Below, piece after piece: positions 40,052 through 64,000 of a DNA stretch of 64,000 nucleotides. The translations under genes were made by a program, and so were the position numbers. Each line of letters starts with the position of its first letter. Position 1 is the stretch's first letter. The stretch spans positions 3,360,001-3,424,000 of the forward strand of contig CM000153.2 in the NCBI GenBank assembly GCA_000004695.1, in the 5' to 3' direction. The notes below the pieces were generated by a model. It searched no databases. It was not told the DNA's origin and saw only the letters and a program-made list of their open reading frames with translations. The DNA is from Dictyostelium discoideum. Taxonomy: Eukaryota.

Positions 40052-41875
40052 AAACTTACTTTAATAATAAATTTGGTAATGAATTAAATAAAATTGAATA
40101 ATCATCAGCAATTATTAATTCTTGAATTTGATGATAAGGATTTTCAGATTGATTTTTAATTTCAATTTGAGAGGTATTATTTTTTAAAATTTCCAAGATA
40201 TCTTTTGGTGTATTAATTTGAGAGATACAAGTTGAAGGTGGTGAATCGATATCTTCTTCAATGGATAGAGGTGATCTGTAAGGTTTTAATTCACGATATA
40301 AAGATTCATCGTAGAGTACACGAAGATAACACCAAAAGTAGTCATACCAATTCTTTTGAATTGGTAGAGTTGCCTCTAAATTACCACATAACAGACCATA
40401 GATTGCACGTTCATATTGATCATTTGAATTCTTTGAGATGTTTAAACAATTGGATTTCCAGAGGTTGAAATAAGGATTACCAATACTATGCTCACCTTGA
40501 TAATAGTTCAACCCAATCAAAGTTTGTGCTCTCCAAAATTGGCCTACATTTGTGCAATATTCAGCAGCACCCACTCTATCACCAGCTCTAAGGAAACTCC
40601 AAACGGTTTTCAAGAATCTCGATTGATTCTTTTCATCATCTTTATCGATTGGTTTATTTTGACGCGACATTGCATCTGGGTCCAACTCTGACACCATTTG
40701 ATTATTGGTTAGCATTGTGATGGAATTGGATTTCTTTAATTTGATTAATGTGTACTCCCAAAATACTGCATCATTATCATTGAGTTCAACTTGTGATGAC
40801 ATCTCTTCTAACCATTCTAAAAGTATTAAATTCTCACGTAATTTATGATCTTTTTTAATTAAATAATTGTAAACTTGAACTTGATTAGGTTGAGAGATAT
40901 CAATCTTTTCCTTTTGATCAATACTTCTTTGTATATCCCTATACTCATAAAGTTTCTTTAAAATTGACCATGTATCTTTCTCCATTTGATAATTCTTTAA
41001 TTGTTGTTCTTTTTGTTTTCTATTATTTTGCATGTAAAATAATTTATTACTTTCATCATCATTTATTGAATTAATTCTATATATATATATATTTAAAATA
41101 GAGATATATTAGTTTTTTTTTTTTTTTTATATCTATCTATCTTCCTATATATTTATCTGTCTAACCCTCTTTCTTTCTCTCTCTCTATATATATATATAT
41201 ATAATGTAACTTACTTTGCTTGAGATAATTTTAAAAATGTATCAGATAATTCTATTGGTATTAAATGAGGATCATCATTTAATTTTGGTTGTAATTCATA
41301 TTCTAATGTATTATGATAAATGGTATCATCAGTTCTACTCTTATCATTAAATATATTATTGAATTGATTTTCATCTTCTTCCATTTCCATTTGATTATTT
41401 TGTAATTGTTGATTATCCATTTCAAACTCTTGTTCATTATTATTATTATCATTATCATTATTAACTTCCATATTATTATTGTTATTATTAATAGTATTAC
41501 CAAACAATGAATTACCAAATTGATTATTATTATTATTATTATTATTAAAATTAATTTGTGTATTTCCAAATATTCCTCCATCTCCTTTAACCAATGTATT
41601 ATTATTATTCATATTATTATTATTATTTACAATACCACTAAATTCATCTTCATTGTTATCATCTGGTAAAATACCTATAAATAAATAAAAAAAAAAAAAA
41701 AGTTTATTTTAAATTAGTTTTAGAGTAAAGGGGGAAATTATTATTATTATATATGCCTTGAAAACTTACTAAAGTCGAATTTATTATTATTATTAAATGG
41801 TTGTGTACTAAAAAAGTCATCATTATTGTTACTATTTAGGTTATTACCTAAATTCCATTTAAAATTTTCTGACAT
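38560..41875 (-). CDS. nup107: Nucleoporin Nup107/Nup84 family, 4 exons: 41875..41770, 41674..41215, 41076..40060, 39934..38560
   Basis: Exon 3 has the Nup107 signature DPDA..R...LRAGDRVGAAEYCTNVGQFWRAQTLIG...GNPYFNLWKSNCLN...YERAIYGLLCGNLEATLP. GTAAGT donors with consistent phases. Introns contain (TA)n/(CT)n and (AAAT)n microsatellites. Confidence 0.8.
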
Positions 41876-41953
41876 TTTTATAGTTTTGTTTGATGAATAC
41901 CACACGTTTTCTTGAAACGATTGTGTCTATTATTCTTAAACGATGATCATCAA

Positions 41954-42006
<53 letters not shown>

Positions 42007-42162
42007 AAAATTTCATGAATGCTTTTTTCAAATTTTTTTTTTTTTATTTTTATTTTTTTTAAATTCCAATTATTATTTTTTTTTTTTTGCAACCAAATAT
42101 GGTTTTATTCCCGATAATTATTGAGATCCTGAAATCCTGAAATCCAAAACATTTTTTATTAA

Positions 42163-42265
<103 letters not shown>

Positions 42266-42387
42266 AAAAATAAAAATAAATAAGTAAATAAATAAATAAA
42301 TAAATAAAAGAATTTGATTTAATAATATTCTAAAATTTTTTATTTTTTCTTTATTTTTATACAAAAATCCAAAAAAAAAAAAAAAAA

Positions 42388-42511
42388 TTAAGAATTTTGT
42401 AATCTATTTCTATGAAGTTTGAGTTGTTGTGAAAGTTGTAAATCAATTGATTTTTGTTGTTCAATTTCTTGTTGTTCTATAGTTAAATTTGGATTAATTT
42501 GGTCTAATTCT

Positions 42512-42549
<38 letters not shown>

Positions 42550-45235
42550 TTCATCATTGCTTCCATCTATATAATAGAATTTATTAATCTTTTCTCTGCA
42601 AAAGAAGCAAGTATTCTTTGTTAATAAATGAAGGATAATACAATGATGACAAGATCTATGGTTACATGGTAAGAATTCAGTATCTTCTGTCGATGAATAG
42701 CAAATAGTACACATTTGTTCCTCTTCATCAGTGGTTATGATTTTATTTTTATTCTCTTTCTCTTCTTCATCATTTAAACGATTGATTGATTTAAAGAATT
42801 CTATTAATCTTTCCCTTACAATTGGATTCAAAACTTTGTCACTTTCAACTATATTTTTATTATTGCTTAATGAAGATGATGAAGAAGATGAGGATGAAGA
42901 TGATGAAGAAGATGAAGAAGATGAAGAAGATGAAGGCAATCGTAATGACGATGACGATGGATCATCGTTGTCTAAATTTTCAAGTAAGGTTATCATTAAC
43001 TCTCGGAAACTATCACTAATATCATCATTATTATCGTCATCGTCTTCATTTAATAGATTTAAAATTTCGTTTTCATTTTCATCTACATGTTCATCTACAT
43101 GTTCATTTCTTTCTAAAAGTTGTTGCTGTTGTTGTTGCTGTTGTTGAAGCTGCTGTTGTTGATGTCTTTGTCTTTGTTGATGAATTCGTTGTTGTTGTTG
43201 TGATTTTTTCTTTTCTTTTGGAAGTTGGTAGTTACTACCATTAAGTGGTAGTTCATCCAAAACTTTTAAAATTTCATCAAGTTCAATCTTTTTAATTGAT
43301 TTTGCGAACGAAAGTTTGGATTTTGGTTTATATTGACTGAAATAATAAATAGATGGTAATAACTTATAAAACAATTTAACAAATTTCATTTTTCCACCAT
43401 CTGAAACTAAACTAATCTTTTCGAATATATACAAATAAAATTGACCAGTTATCATTAAAAATGTTTCATCCTCTAAAATTGAATGTGCCATTTTTTTACT
43501 TAAATATGTCAATAACTTTTAAATAAAAAAAAAAAAAAAAATTAGTATTATTATTATTTTTATTAATAATTATTAATTATTAATTTATTATTAACATTTG
43601 TTATTATTTACTTACATGAATTAATTTTTTATTTTGTGGTATTTGTGCAAATAAACTTTTTAATAATTTTAATAAGTAAATTCCATGATCTTGAAATAAA
43701 TCTTCAATATAATTTAAAAATGGTGGTAAAGAAGCATCGAATAATATTGTGAAAATTGTTAAATCCCAAGTACCAAGATTGATGAATAAATCTTTAACCA
43801 TTGGTTGAAATGATGGTAAATTATGAACTAAAGCCAAAAAATTCTTTTTCTTTAAAAGTTCTGCAATTGCTAATAAAACCTTTTGTGAGACAGTTCTATC
43901 TACTATATGATTATTTGCACGAAACAATAAAGAGATAAAAGTAATAGTAGTTCTTAAATTGCTTGGATTTGTAAGTAACGATAAATCAGACACTGAAAAG
44001 TATGAAAACACTGAAATTGTAGTTGAAAAAAAGTGATCATAAATATAATTGAAATAATCCTTATTTGGATGTAAATACACTCTATTTAAAAATCTAACTA
44101 AAAATCTAAACATTAACCAAATATTATCTGTTGAAATCATCTCTTCACTAATCTCTTTTTTAAGTGATCTAAATCTTAATCCTTCAAAGCTTAATGCTTT
44201 CATTAATCGTTCCTAAAATTAATATATTAATTAGTATTATTATTTTATCTTTTTTTTTTTTTTTTTTTTTTATATTTATAAATACATACATGAGTTAAAC
44301 CCATAAAGAAATAATGTAATAAAGTTGTAGCATGAGAATCAATTTTTTCAAATTGTTTGCATATACTAATATCGAATAAATTGATTAGAATTTCCAATAA
44401 TGATAAAGTTTTATTATCAATTGTTTGATCTGTTGCTGCTGCTGCTGCTGTTGAGGAATCAATTAATGACGATGATGATTTAAAATTTGAAGTTTTTAAA
44501 AGATGAGAGAGTACACCACCTAATCTTTGTCTATTTGGTGAATCAAATTCTTTTGCAACTAAATAACTCATTGGTATTCGATCGACTTGTTTTTCATCTA
44601 AAAGGAATGGTTCTAAATATTCTGCCAACATATTGAAAAGACCAAATAAAAATGTGAATGGATATTCTTCATTTGGTTTACCACTTGCTTTGGATTTTTC
44701 ATGATTCAATTCTAAATTTACAATTCTAACTAACCAACTCTTTAATAGATCATATAAATCATTATCAAATAATGGATGCCCTTTACTTGTTAAACAAAAT
44801 TTAAGAATTTCTTTTTGAATTGATATTCTTTCTATATTGTTATCAAAATCTGATGTAGTTCTCTGTTTAAAAAAAAAAAAAAAAAAAAATTAGTAAATTA
44901 ATTTTTTTTTATTTTTTTTTTTTTTTTTATATGTATATACATACAACTTCTCTTGAAAAATTATCTTCGCTTACTAAAACTGATTCTCTTGAAAATATAT
45001 AATCTAAAATTAAAATATTATTATGATCTAATAAAAAGTATTGTAAAGTAACATTATTTTGTAAGAATCTAAAGAATAATTTTAATGGTTTAGTTGAAGA
45101 ATTTGGTGTTGGTCTACAATGTATTGTAATAGTTGAGAATATTTGCTTCATTAATGATATAAAAAGAGATTCCTAAAAATAAAAATAAAAAGTATTATTA
45201 TTATTTATTTTTCTAAAAATATCAAAATTTCCTAT

Positions 45236-45312
<77 letters not shown>

Positions 45313-46459
45313 TAATCTATATTTATAATATAATAATAAAAATAAAAATAATAATATTTACTGTTAAATTTAAATTCAAAGCTTCGATTATATCATCTAC
45401 TAAATTAAAATGTTGATAAAATGAAGAAACTAAAATTGATTCGACTGTATATAAAGTTAAATTTGAAACTAAAATTGGTGTTAACCAAGATAATATATCT
45501 CTATATCCTGATCCATAAATTGACTTTTTAAAAGTAAAAAAAAAAAAAAAAAAAAAAATCATTAATATAAAATGAATATTAAATTTCAAATAAATAATAA
45601 TTATAATTATAATTATAATTATAATAATAATAATAGTAATAATAATAATAATAAAATATATGATACATACTAAAATCTCTTTTGAACTTATTACTCTTAA
45701 AAATACAGATACTAAATATTGAACTCTATTTGAATTTTCTAAATTCTCTTCAACTATTGGTTTAAATCCTTTGATTTTAAATGCTAATGGTCTACCACCA
45801 AAATTTGGTTGTGCAACTGATGATTCCAATACAATATAAGGTATGTAAAATATTGTTGGCTCATCATTTTTAGTTTCTTCACCATTAGTTATAGTTTCAT
45901 TGTTACTACTACTATTATTATTATTATCATCATCATCATTATCTATATCTTTAATATTAATTGTAATTTCTTCTCTTGAGATTTCTTTACCATTTGAAAA
46001 GAATGATATTTTTGGTTTATATTTATTGGTAGCATCTATAGTGCATGTGAAAATGATACCATCGGGTCTTGGTATTGATAATTTTTTAACACATAATTTA
46101 ACGACTGTATAGGATTTGGGTAATAACTTTGGAAATGGTTTCTCTTTGGTTTTACATATTGCCCAACCAAAATTAAGTCCATTAGTTCTACTCGGTATTA
46201 AATCATACATCCACTTACCTGAACTAATTGGTCTCATCGTTGATGTAAAGACACCAAGTTTTGACATCTCTGGAAACAATATAGTCTTTGGTACATCATA
46301 TATCTCTTTAATTGGGTATTGTTTCTCTAAATATGCTATAAATGCTTTAAATACTTTTACTGAATCTCCAGCAAGTTGAATTGTAATATTGTTACCATTA
46401 TTATTTTTATTATTGTTATTATCATTGTCATTATCATTATCATTATAATTATCATTATA

Positions 46460-46540
<81 letters not shown>

Positions 46541-46627
46541 GTCTTTGTCTTTGGTATACAGATTTAAATCAATATCCAATCTATTTAATATATCAAAATT
46601 AAATATTTTTTTATATAAATAATCCAT
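42388..46627 (-). CDS. RING-finger (C3HC4) protein, at least 5 exons (about 46627..45362, 45171..44945, 44862..44291, 44213..43616, 43515..42388)
   Basis: Exons join in phase through GTAAAT/GTATGT/GTAAGT donors and TTTTAG/AACAG/AAAAG acceptors. C-terminal CTICYSS..LPCNHRSCHHCI..C.FCR RING. The polyQ/polyS tracts, and the N-rich tract in the first exon (ORF 45323..46627), are encoded by microsatellites. The 5' exon structure near 45520-45700 is uncertain. Confidence 0.55.
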
Positions 46628-47429
46628 TTTTTAAAAATAAGTGGTTTGTGTATTTGGTTTACACTATATATATATGATATATATGTATATATATATTTTT
46701 TTTAAAAAAAATTTTAATGAACAAAACAAAAAAAAAAAAAAAAAAAAAAAAATTAATTAAAAAAAAATAAAAAAAATAAAAAATAATTTGTGAAAAAAAA
46801 AAAAAAAATTAATAAAAAAATATTAATATTGATAAAAATAAAAAATAAAAATATTCTCTTTTTTTTTTTTTTTTAAATTTTCTTTTTTTTTTTTTTTTTT
46901 TTAGTATATATAATTCTTTGGGAGAAGGTGAATCACTAGTGAAGAAGAAGAAAAAAGAAAACAATTAAAAAAGTTTTAAATTCAAATCAATATTAATCAA
47001 TAGCATCATTGACTAGTCATGATATCCATCAGTTAATAATACGATCACTTGAGTGAAAACTTTGAAATTTATATCAATCAAATCATGTGATTTCTTTATC
47101 ATTAAATGATAATTAATGGTAGCCAAGTACAATCAATACAGGTAATATTAATGTTTGTAAACAATAGATACAGAGATGATTACAACAACAACCATAATAA
47201 TTACATCAATAACGGTACCAACAACTACAATTACATTAATTGAAGCTAGCGTTAATAGTTCATTAAAGATTTGCTCAACATTATTTAATCCACCAAAATA
47301 GTAGTAAGTGGATCAACAATCAAAAAATCACCCCTTAAATTTTATGTAAATGTTGTTCAAAAAGTCAAATTTTAACAAATTATCCAAAATCAAATTCAAT
47401 GACGTAAAAATAGCAACAATAATAATAAT

Positions 47430-47519
<90 letters not shown>

Positions 47520-48325
47520 TAAATAATAAATAATAAATAATAAATAAAAAATAAAAAAAAGTAAAATGAATAATGAAAATTATAAATCTAAAAAACTTAT
47601 AACACTAAAAATAATTACAAACATTCGAATGTGTTTTTTGTTTTTTTATTTTATTTATTTGAATTGATAATTGAATTCATTTGATATTTTTACACATTAA
47701 TCAATGGAAATGGTGCAACATTAATAAATGATGGATTTTATTATAGAGTTCCTTGCTTTTTATTATTAATTTTTTTTTCAAAGTGTAATTTCTTTGTTGA
47801 CTTTTTCTTTTTATAACTAAACTATTTCAATTCAGATTCGGTCCCAAAAAGGATTTTTTAAAAAAAAATTATATTTAAAAAATAAAAAAGGGGTAAAACG
47901 GGTTTATTTTTTTTTGAATTTGGAGGAAAAAATAATTATTTAATTGAGTAATCACTTAATCTGTATCATCATTTTTATAATTAAAAAACAATTATAAAAA
48001 TTTTATAATAAAAAATAAAGAACAAATCAGGATAAAATTCAATAAAAAATTAAAATTTATTAAGTTTTGATCAACAGATAAAGAATAACAAATAAAAAAC
48101 GACTTTCCTAAAAAAGGATTTTTTTTATTTTTTTTTTTTTTTATTTTTTTTTTTTTCCCTTTTTTTTTTTACATTACCATAATTGTATTAAAACTTTTTT
48201 TATTACCAAAATTGTATAAAAAAATTTTTTATTACCAAAATTGTATAAAAACTTTTTTTTTTAATAATAATCATACACACACACAATAAATAAAAATTCC
48301 AATCCAACAATAATAATTTTAAAAA

Positions 48326-48751
48326 ATGATAATTGAATGTAAACCAGTTTTTAAATCCAACAGAAATTTATATATTTTTTTAGTTATTATTTTAATTTCA
48401 TTTTTTATTACATTACTTATATTTCTACCAAATATATTAAAAATTATTTTCACCTCAGTTTATTATATATTTTATGGTCTTTATTTAATAATGTATCTTT
48501 TAGCTTGTATAGCATTAGTATTCTCATGGTTATATGTTTTAATTTGTATAGAGGATTTAATATATATTTTTTATGATATAATAACAACAATATCAATAAA
48601 TATTTTTCAGTTTATTAAGTCGATCCCAAATAAAACAATAGTAAAAATAGAAATAAAAAAAAGGGAAAATATATATTATGATAGTGATAATTACTATCAT
48701 GAATATGCAAGTTCAAATTTGATGGAATATAAAAGAAAGGGTAGATGGTAA
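48326..48751 (+). CDS. Hypothetical small multi-pass membrane protein (141 aa)
   Basis: ATG ORF with 3-4 hydrophobic segments. No homolog recognised. Could be spurious. Confidence 0.25.
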   Translation: MIIECKPVFKSNRNLYIFLVIILISFFITLLIFLPNILKIIFTSVYYIFYGLYLIMYLLACIALVFSWLYVLICIEDLIYIFYDIITTISINIFQFIKSIPNKTIVKIEIKKRENIYYDSDNYYHEYASSNLMEYKRKGRW

Positions 48752-48852
48752 TATTACCCAAATCATCCAAGTAGAAGTATTAGTAAAAGTAGTAGTAAAT
48801 ATAGTGACAGTAGTATCAGCAGCGGTAGCCGGTTAAATGAATTATAATTAAG

Positions 48853-49075
48853 TTTTTCAAAGTTATCAACACTATTTGTCATTAAAACTGTACTCAGTTG
48901 CAAATTTCAATTTACCATAGACATACAAAGTTATCAACACTATTTGTCATTAAAACTGTACTCAGTTTGTTTCAAATTTCAATTTACAAAAGACATACAA
49001 AGTTATCAACACTATTTGCCCAATTTGTAAATTTAAGGGAAAGGGACATACAAAGTTATCAACACTATTTGTCCT
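48853..49075. repeat. Tandem repeat, about 70-bp unit x about 3.5 (acaaagttatcaacactatttgtcattaaaactgtactcagtt...caaatttcaattta..agacat)
   Basis: Read directly. Units drift progressively. Confidence 0.85.
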
Positions 49076-49193
49076 TTGAAAAAAAAATTAATTTCTAAAT
49101 TAAATAAAATAAAGTTAAAGTTTTCATTTAAAGTTTAAATTTTTTATTTTTTTATTTTTATTTACATTTATTTATACAATTTTATTTTTATTT

Positions 49194-49584
<391 letters not shown>

Positions 49585-49764
49585 GTATAATTTTTTTTTA
49601 TTTATTTATTTTTTTTTATTTATTTATTTATTTATTTATTTACAAATTTTAAAATAATAATACAACATGTAATTTTTAAGAGTTATTTTTATTTTACAAA
49701 ATTATTAAAAAAAAAAAAAAAAAACAACAAAAAAAAAATTAGAAAAAAAAAAAAATAATAATAA

Positions 49765-54005
<4,241 letters not shown>

Positions 54006-55233
54006 ACGGGTGAAAGTATTCTCACCCATCATTATTGAAGTACCAATTGAAACCAAACCCAATCCGAAAAGACCAAACAAGCTACCATAGAGTATTGGTT
54101 TATATTTGGTTAAACTATCAGGTTTCATCTTTAATGCAGCAAAAGCACTACCACCAGTAACGAATACACTTAAAGCTGCGACCCCCAAAACTGTAGATAC
54201 TGGTAGTAATCCGAAAGCGGGTGATAGTGAAATTCCATTGAATACACAAAATGAAACGAATGCCATTTTATGTAACGTTGAATAATTGGCAACTGTAATT
54301 GGTATAACCGATTTACTGAATTCTTCAAACTCTATTACACTTTTACCACTTTTATCAACACTTTTTAAAATTGGTTTCTTTACACTATTATCCAATGGAC
54401 CATCCCAAATGGTGTCATAAGTTGTATATGTAGGTTGTTGCATATTGCAAAGTATTAAGGACAACATTGATCCGCCAACTCCCAATCCCAATGCGGTTGG
54501 CAACGATTGCGGACTACCGACCATCAATTGGGAAAATATTAAACCTGATAAAATTGTACCAGCGAATGCAATTGCAGTTGTAATATAAACATTCTTTAAA
54601 AATAATTTTAAACCAATATTTGTTTTAATTAAATGGAAATAATCATCATAATCTTTTTTTAATAATAAAAAATTACTATCTTTAATTATATCCGAAAAAG
54701 ATGGATTTCCGAATGGTGTTGTTTTACCATAATTTCTATTATTTAAAAAATTATTATTTTTAAAATAATTTTTATTTGAAATTAAATTATATTTATTTTT
54801 AAAATTTAATAAGGTATTATTATTACTATTAATATTAATATTATTATTATTATTATTATTACTAAAAAATTTATTATTATTATTGACTTCACCAACAATA
54901 ATATTATTATTAATTGGTAGTTGTGTTAAATTTAAATAATTCTTTTTAATTTTTAGAATGTTACGAAAATTTGAACTTAACATGTTAATTTTTTTTTTTT
55001 AATTCAATTATTATAAATTAATTATGAAATAAAAAATAAGAAAAAAAAATTTAAATGGAAAAAAAATAAAGGAATGGAAAAAAAAAAAATTAACAAAAAA
55101 TAAAAAAAAAATAAAAAAAAAATAAAAATTTTGAAAAAAAGATGTCACACACACTCAGATAGATTTGCAAAAAATTTGGATTTTTCAAATAAATGTAAAA
55201 AAAAAAAAAAAATTAAAAAAAAAAAAAAAATTT

Positions 55234-55269
<36 letters not shown>

Positions 55270-55703
55270 AAATTTAAAAAAAAAATTAAAATTCAAAAAA
55301 AAAAAAATCACACACCACAACATTTTATTTTTTTTTAGACAGTCTTGATATAAAGATATAAATAAATAACTAAAGATATAAATAAATATATAGATAATAA
55401 AAATAAATTTAAAAATAGAATTTTTTTTTTAAAAAAAAAAAAGAAAATAAAAGAAAATAAATAATAATAAATAATAATAATAATAATAATAATAATATTA
55501 ATTTAATTTAATTTAATAAATAACAATAATAATTATAATAAGCAACAAAATTTTATTATAAGAAAACTTTTTTTATTATTTTTTTTTTTTTATTTTCTTT
55601 TTTTTTATTTCAAACATCATTTAAATAGAAAATTTTATAAATTATATATAAAGTAAAATAAAAATAAAAAGAAAAGACATTATTAATATAAAAAAAAAAA
55701 AAA

Positions 55704-59613
<3,910 letters not shown>

Positions 59614-59734
59614 ATTAAATTTTTTAAAAAAAAAAAAAAAAAAAATTAAAAAAAGAAATTAAATTATTGTAAATTATTTTAAACTAATAAATAAATAAAT
59701 AAATAACAAATTTATTATTAATTAATTAATTATG

Positions 59735-59992
<258 letters not shown>

Positions 59993-60007
59993 TTAATTAA
60001 TTAATCA

Positions 60008-60507
<500 letters not shown>

Positions 60508-61029
60508 GTAATAGAGACTTCTCCCACTTTTACACAAAGGAACTAAAATGGGAGTGAATTTAAATACCAAAAATATATATTATGATATTGGTTGTTCACA
60601 AACTATTGATGATAATGATATAGGTTATACACAAACAATTCGATCTGTAAAAAAGTTAATGGATAGAAATTAGGTTACCATAGAATTAATAAATACTTAA
60701 TATACAAAAGAAATTTAAAAAAACAATACACATACATAAAAGTTAAACCAACAATAAAAAAAATATAATAAAATAAGCCTTTTTTTTAATAACAATTTGT
60801 ATTTTTAATTTTTATTGTTAAATATTTGGTTTTTTATGAAAAAAAATTATTATCGTAATAGTCTATATTGGCTTTATAAAAGAATATTTTATTGTGGAAT
60901 AGTTATTAGTGAACTAATAAAAGTAATGAATAATAAAACAAGAATTCAAATTGATAAAAAACTGAATTGAAATAGTTTAAATGTTTAAGGTTGTGGAATT
61001 TCACATAACCAAAGTTTTAAAATTGAGGA

Positions 61030-61345
61030 TAATAAAAATTTGGTTATATCACAAAATATCCTTCTTCTACAATTTTATCTTGCATTCCATATAGCCAATG
61101 GTTCAATGATCCATTGTTTGCTCATGATAAAAATGGAAGATCCAGAAAAGGTGGTCTTCAAGATCTTTCTTCTCAAATTAGATCTGGTCAATTATTCATA
61201 GATAGAAGAGTTGGTGATTCTGTCATTGCTCAAACTCAAAATGTTGATAGTTTAAGAAAAAATTTTAATCAACTTCAACTACAACTCTAAATGCTCCACC
61301 AGCTATTAAAATTGAATTACCTTCTCAATCAATTTTAAAACCATC
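61030..61345 (+). pseudogene. Mosaic fragment: about 70 nt of hydrolase 5' coding region (minus-sense) joined to about 245 nt of the formin C-terminal coding end with an internal deletion, followed by copies of the formin 3' flank
   Basis: 61035-61100 resembles 62290-62380. 61100-61345 resembles 59108-59613 (FAHDK...MEDPEKGGLQDLSSQIRSGQLF...). The flank motif aattaaattattgtaaatta...ataacaaatttatta recurs at 59650, 61420 and 61620. Confidence 0.65.
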
Positions 61346-61734
61346 AGTTCATTTAAAAAATAAATTAAACTTTTTTAAAAAAAATAAAAAAAAATAAAAT
61401 AAAAAATAAAAAAAAGAAATTAAATTATTGTAAATTATTTTAAACTAATAAATAAATAAATAAATAACAAATTTATTACTAATTAATTAATTAATTATGA
61501 CTTATTATTATTATTAATATTTATAATACTCTTTTAAATAATTCAATTAAAAAAAAAAATTTTAAAAAAAAAAAAAAAAAAAGAATAAAAAAAAAAAAAA
61601 GGAAGTAATAAAAAAAAAAAATTAAAGAAATTAAATTATTGTAAATTAATAAATAACAAATTTATTATTAATTAATTAATTATGATTTATTATTAATTAA
61701 TTAATTATTATTTACTATTATTTATTATTATTAT

Positions 61735-62586
<852 letters not shown>

Positions 62587-63028
62587 TTATTTTTTATTTT
62601 TTATTTGTATTGGATAACAATGAACTAAAAAAAAAAAAAATCAAATTTATAAAAAAAGGTCTGTGAAAATAAAAAAAAAAAAAATAAAAAAAAAATAAAA
62701 AAAAAAAAAGTCAAAATATCTAAAATTGACACCTGATCCAAAAAAAAAACTATGACCTAAAGTCAGTGTTGTTAATTAAAAAATCATTCTTTTTTTTATA
62801 TTTGTTTTCATAACAAAAAACATCATTAATCACGAGATTTTTTTTATTTTTTTTAAATTGTTTTTTATTTTCCAATATTTTTTTTTTTTTTAAAATTTTC
62901 ATAACAAAAAACATCATCAATCACGAGATTCTTTTTATTTTTTTTAATTTATTTATAATTTCCAAGTTTTTTTTTTTTTTTTAATTCTCTATTTTATTTT
63001 AGTTTTAAAACTAATCGATATAAGGTTA

Positions 63029-63059
<31 letters not shown>

Positions 63060-63689
63060 ATAAATATATTATAACTATTAAATATTTATTTTTATTTTTT
63101 ATTTTTTTCTATCATGCATTGATTTTGATACGAATGGAATTAAATTAATTAATTGTTCCATCATTTTTTTTTTCAATAATGAAAAAAAATAGAGCACTTA
63201 AATACACAAAATGAAAAAAAAAATGAATATAACCATTCTGTTTTAGAATATTTTTTTTTCCATGATCAAAAATTTTATTTTTATAACTTAGTTTATCATT
63301 TTTTGTAATTGTTTTTTTCTTTTGAGGGAATATATTTTATATAAAAAAAATAATTTCTAAAAAAAAACTAAAAAAAATTGAAAAGATTAAATTTGTATAT
63401 TTTTTTTTTATTTATTAAATTTGGATGTTTGAAAAAATAAAATTAAAAAAACAAATAAAATAAAATAATCCAGATTTAATTCATTAATTTTTTGATTTTT
63501 AAGATAATAAAAATTAAAAATAAAAATTTAAAAAAAAAAAGGTAATTTCGCCTAATCATTTTTAAACAATAAAATAAATAAATGAAAATAGGAAATTAAA
63601 AAAAAACTTATAATAAAAAATAAAAAATAAGCCACAAAACATTTTCAAGTCAATTTTTTTTTTTTTTTTTTACAAATTTAATCTATTTC

Positions 63690-63724
<35 letters not shown>

Positions 63725-63739
63725 ATCACCTTTAAAAAA

Positions 63740-64000
63740 ATGTTGAAACTTTTAAAACAAATTTCAACAACCTCAACTTTTAAAAAACCATCATCAATAA
63801 ATAATGGATTTATTAATATAAATTTATTTAAAAATTATTGTACATCAGTTAAACAAGAAGATAAAAAAAAAGTATTAATTACAACACCAATCTTTTATGT
63901 AAACGGCCCACCACATATTGGTCATTTATATTCAGCATTACTTGGAGATGCATTAGGTAGATGGAATAGATTTATTGGAAATGATACATTGTAATATTTA
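63740..64000 (+). CDS. Methionyl-tRNA synthetase (organellar type), 5' exon, partial; continues past the window end
   Basis: N-terminal presequence-like [17 protein letters not shown] then [26 protein letters not shown] (class I HIGH motif). Probable GTAATA donor at about 63990. Confidence 0.8.

Noticed and set aside
45520-45700. Intron within the first large exon of the RING gene
   Set aside because: A GTATGT donor exists but no phase-compatible AG acceptor was found. Left as uncertain rather than asserted.
47100-47340. Candidate tiny spliced gene (ATGGTAGCCAAGTACAATCAATACAG|gtaata... then Y/N-rich exon)
   Set aside because: Splice phase can be made to work but the product (about 34 aa, N/Y-rich) has no support. 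It cannot be distinguished from chance in AT-rich DNA.

Overview
The window is AT-rich eukaryotic nuclear DNA with the hallmarks of Dictyostelium discoideum or a close social-amoeba relative. It has long poly(A)/poly(T) intergenic tracts, (AAT)n/(ATT)n microsatellites inside and between genes, Asn/Gln-rich proteins, short GTAAGT/GTATGT...AG introns, an intron-containing tRNA-Tyr, and a tRNA-targeted non-LTR retroelement. It is not prokaryotic, so bacterial operon/defence-island logic does not apply. Many M residues in the supplied ORF track are TTG/GTG alternative starts, so gene starts were re-derived from ATGs and splice signals.

Recognisable genes:
- an RluA-family pseudouridine synthase;
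- a cyclin L-like gene (4 exons);
- two convergent type-B carboxylesterase paralogs with a shared intron position;
- ribosomal protein S15/uS19 (3 exons, tiny first exon);
- an RNI-like LRR protein;
- an ALKBH1-like dioxygenase and a TrmO-like tRNA methyltransferase, arranged tail-to-tail;
- nucleoporin Nup107 (4 exons);
- a multi-exon RING-finger protein;
- a Bax-inhibitor-1/TMBIM-family membrane protein;
- a Diaphanous-type formin (GBD/FH3-FH1-FH2, 4 exons);
- a dienelactone hydrolase;
- the 5' end of a mitochondrial methionyl-tRNA synthetase;
- five members of a tiny two-exon gene family, each with a 13-nt first exon encoding MSIF/MTLF..., resembling the HssA/2C/7E small-protein family;
- a large single-pass membrane protein with integrin-alpha-like FG-GAP repeats followed by about 9 EGF-like repeats.

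The most unusual structure is a rearranged, duplication-rich block from about 28.0 to 54.0 kb. A roughly 3.3-4.2 kb inverted segmental duplication spans 28.56-31.9 kb (+) and 49.77-54.0 kb (-). The left copy carries a pseudogenised FG-GAP/EGF gene and a chimeric SDR::TMBIM-3'-fragment pseudogene. Between the arms lie three HssA-like copies, a truncated WD40 fragment ending in an 18-nt poly(G) tract, and a second partial SDR pseudogene.

Separately, a tRNA-Tyr(GUA) locus at 5.6-7.5 kb has a degenerate tRNA copy, a roughly 165-bp palindrome, and a 5'-truncated TRE3-like retrotransposon with poly(A) tail. Small duplicated fragments of the formin and hydrolase genes are scattered near 60-61.5 kb.

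All coordinates are approximate to +/- a few nt, because homopolymer runs make exact indexing uncertain.
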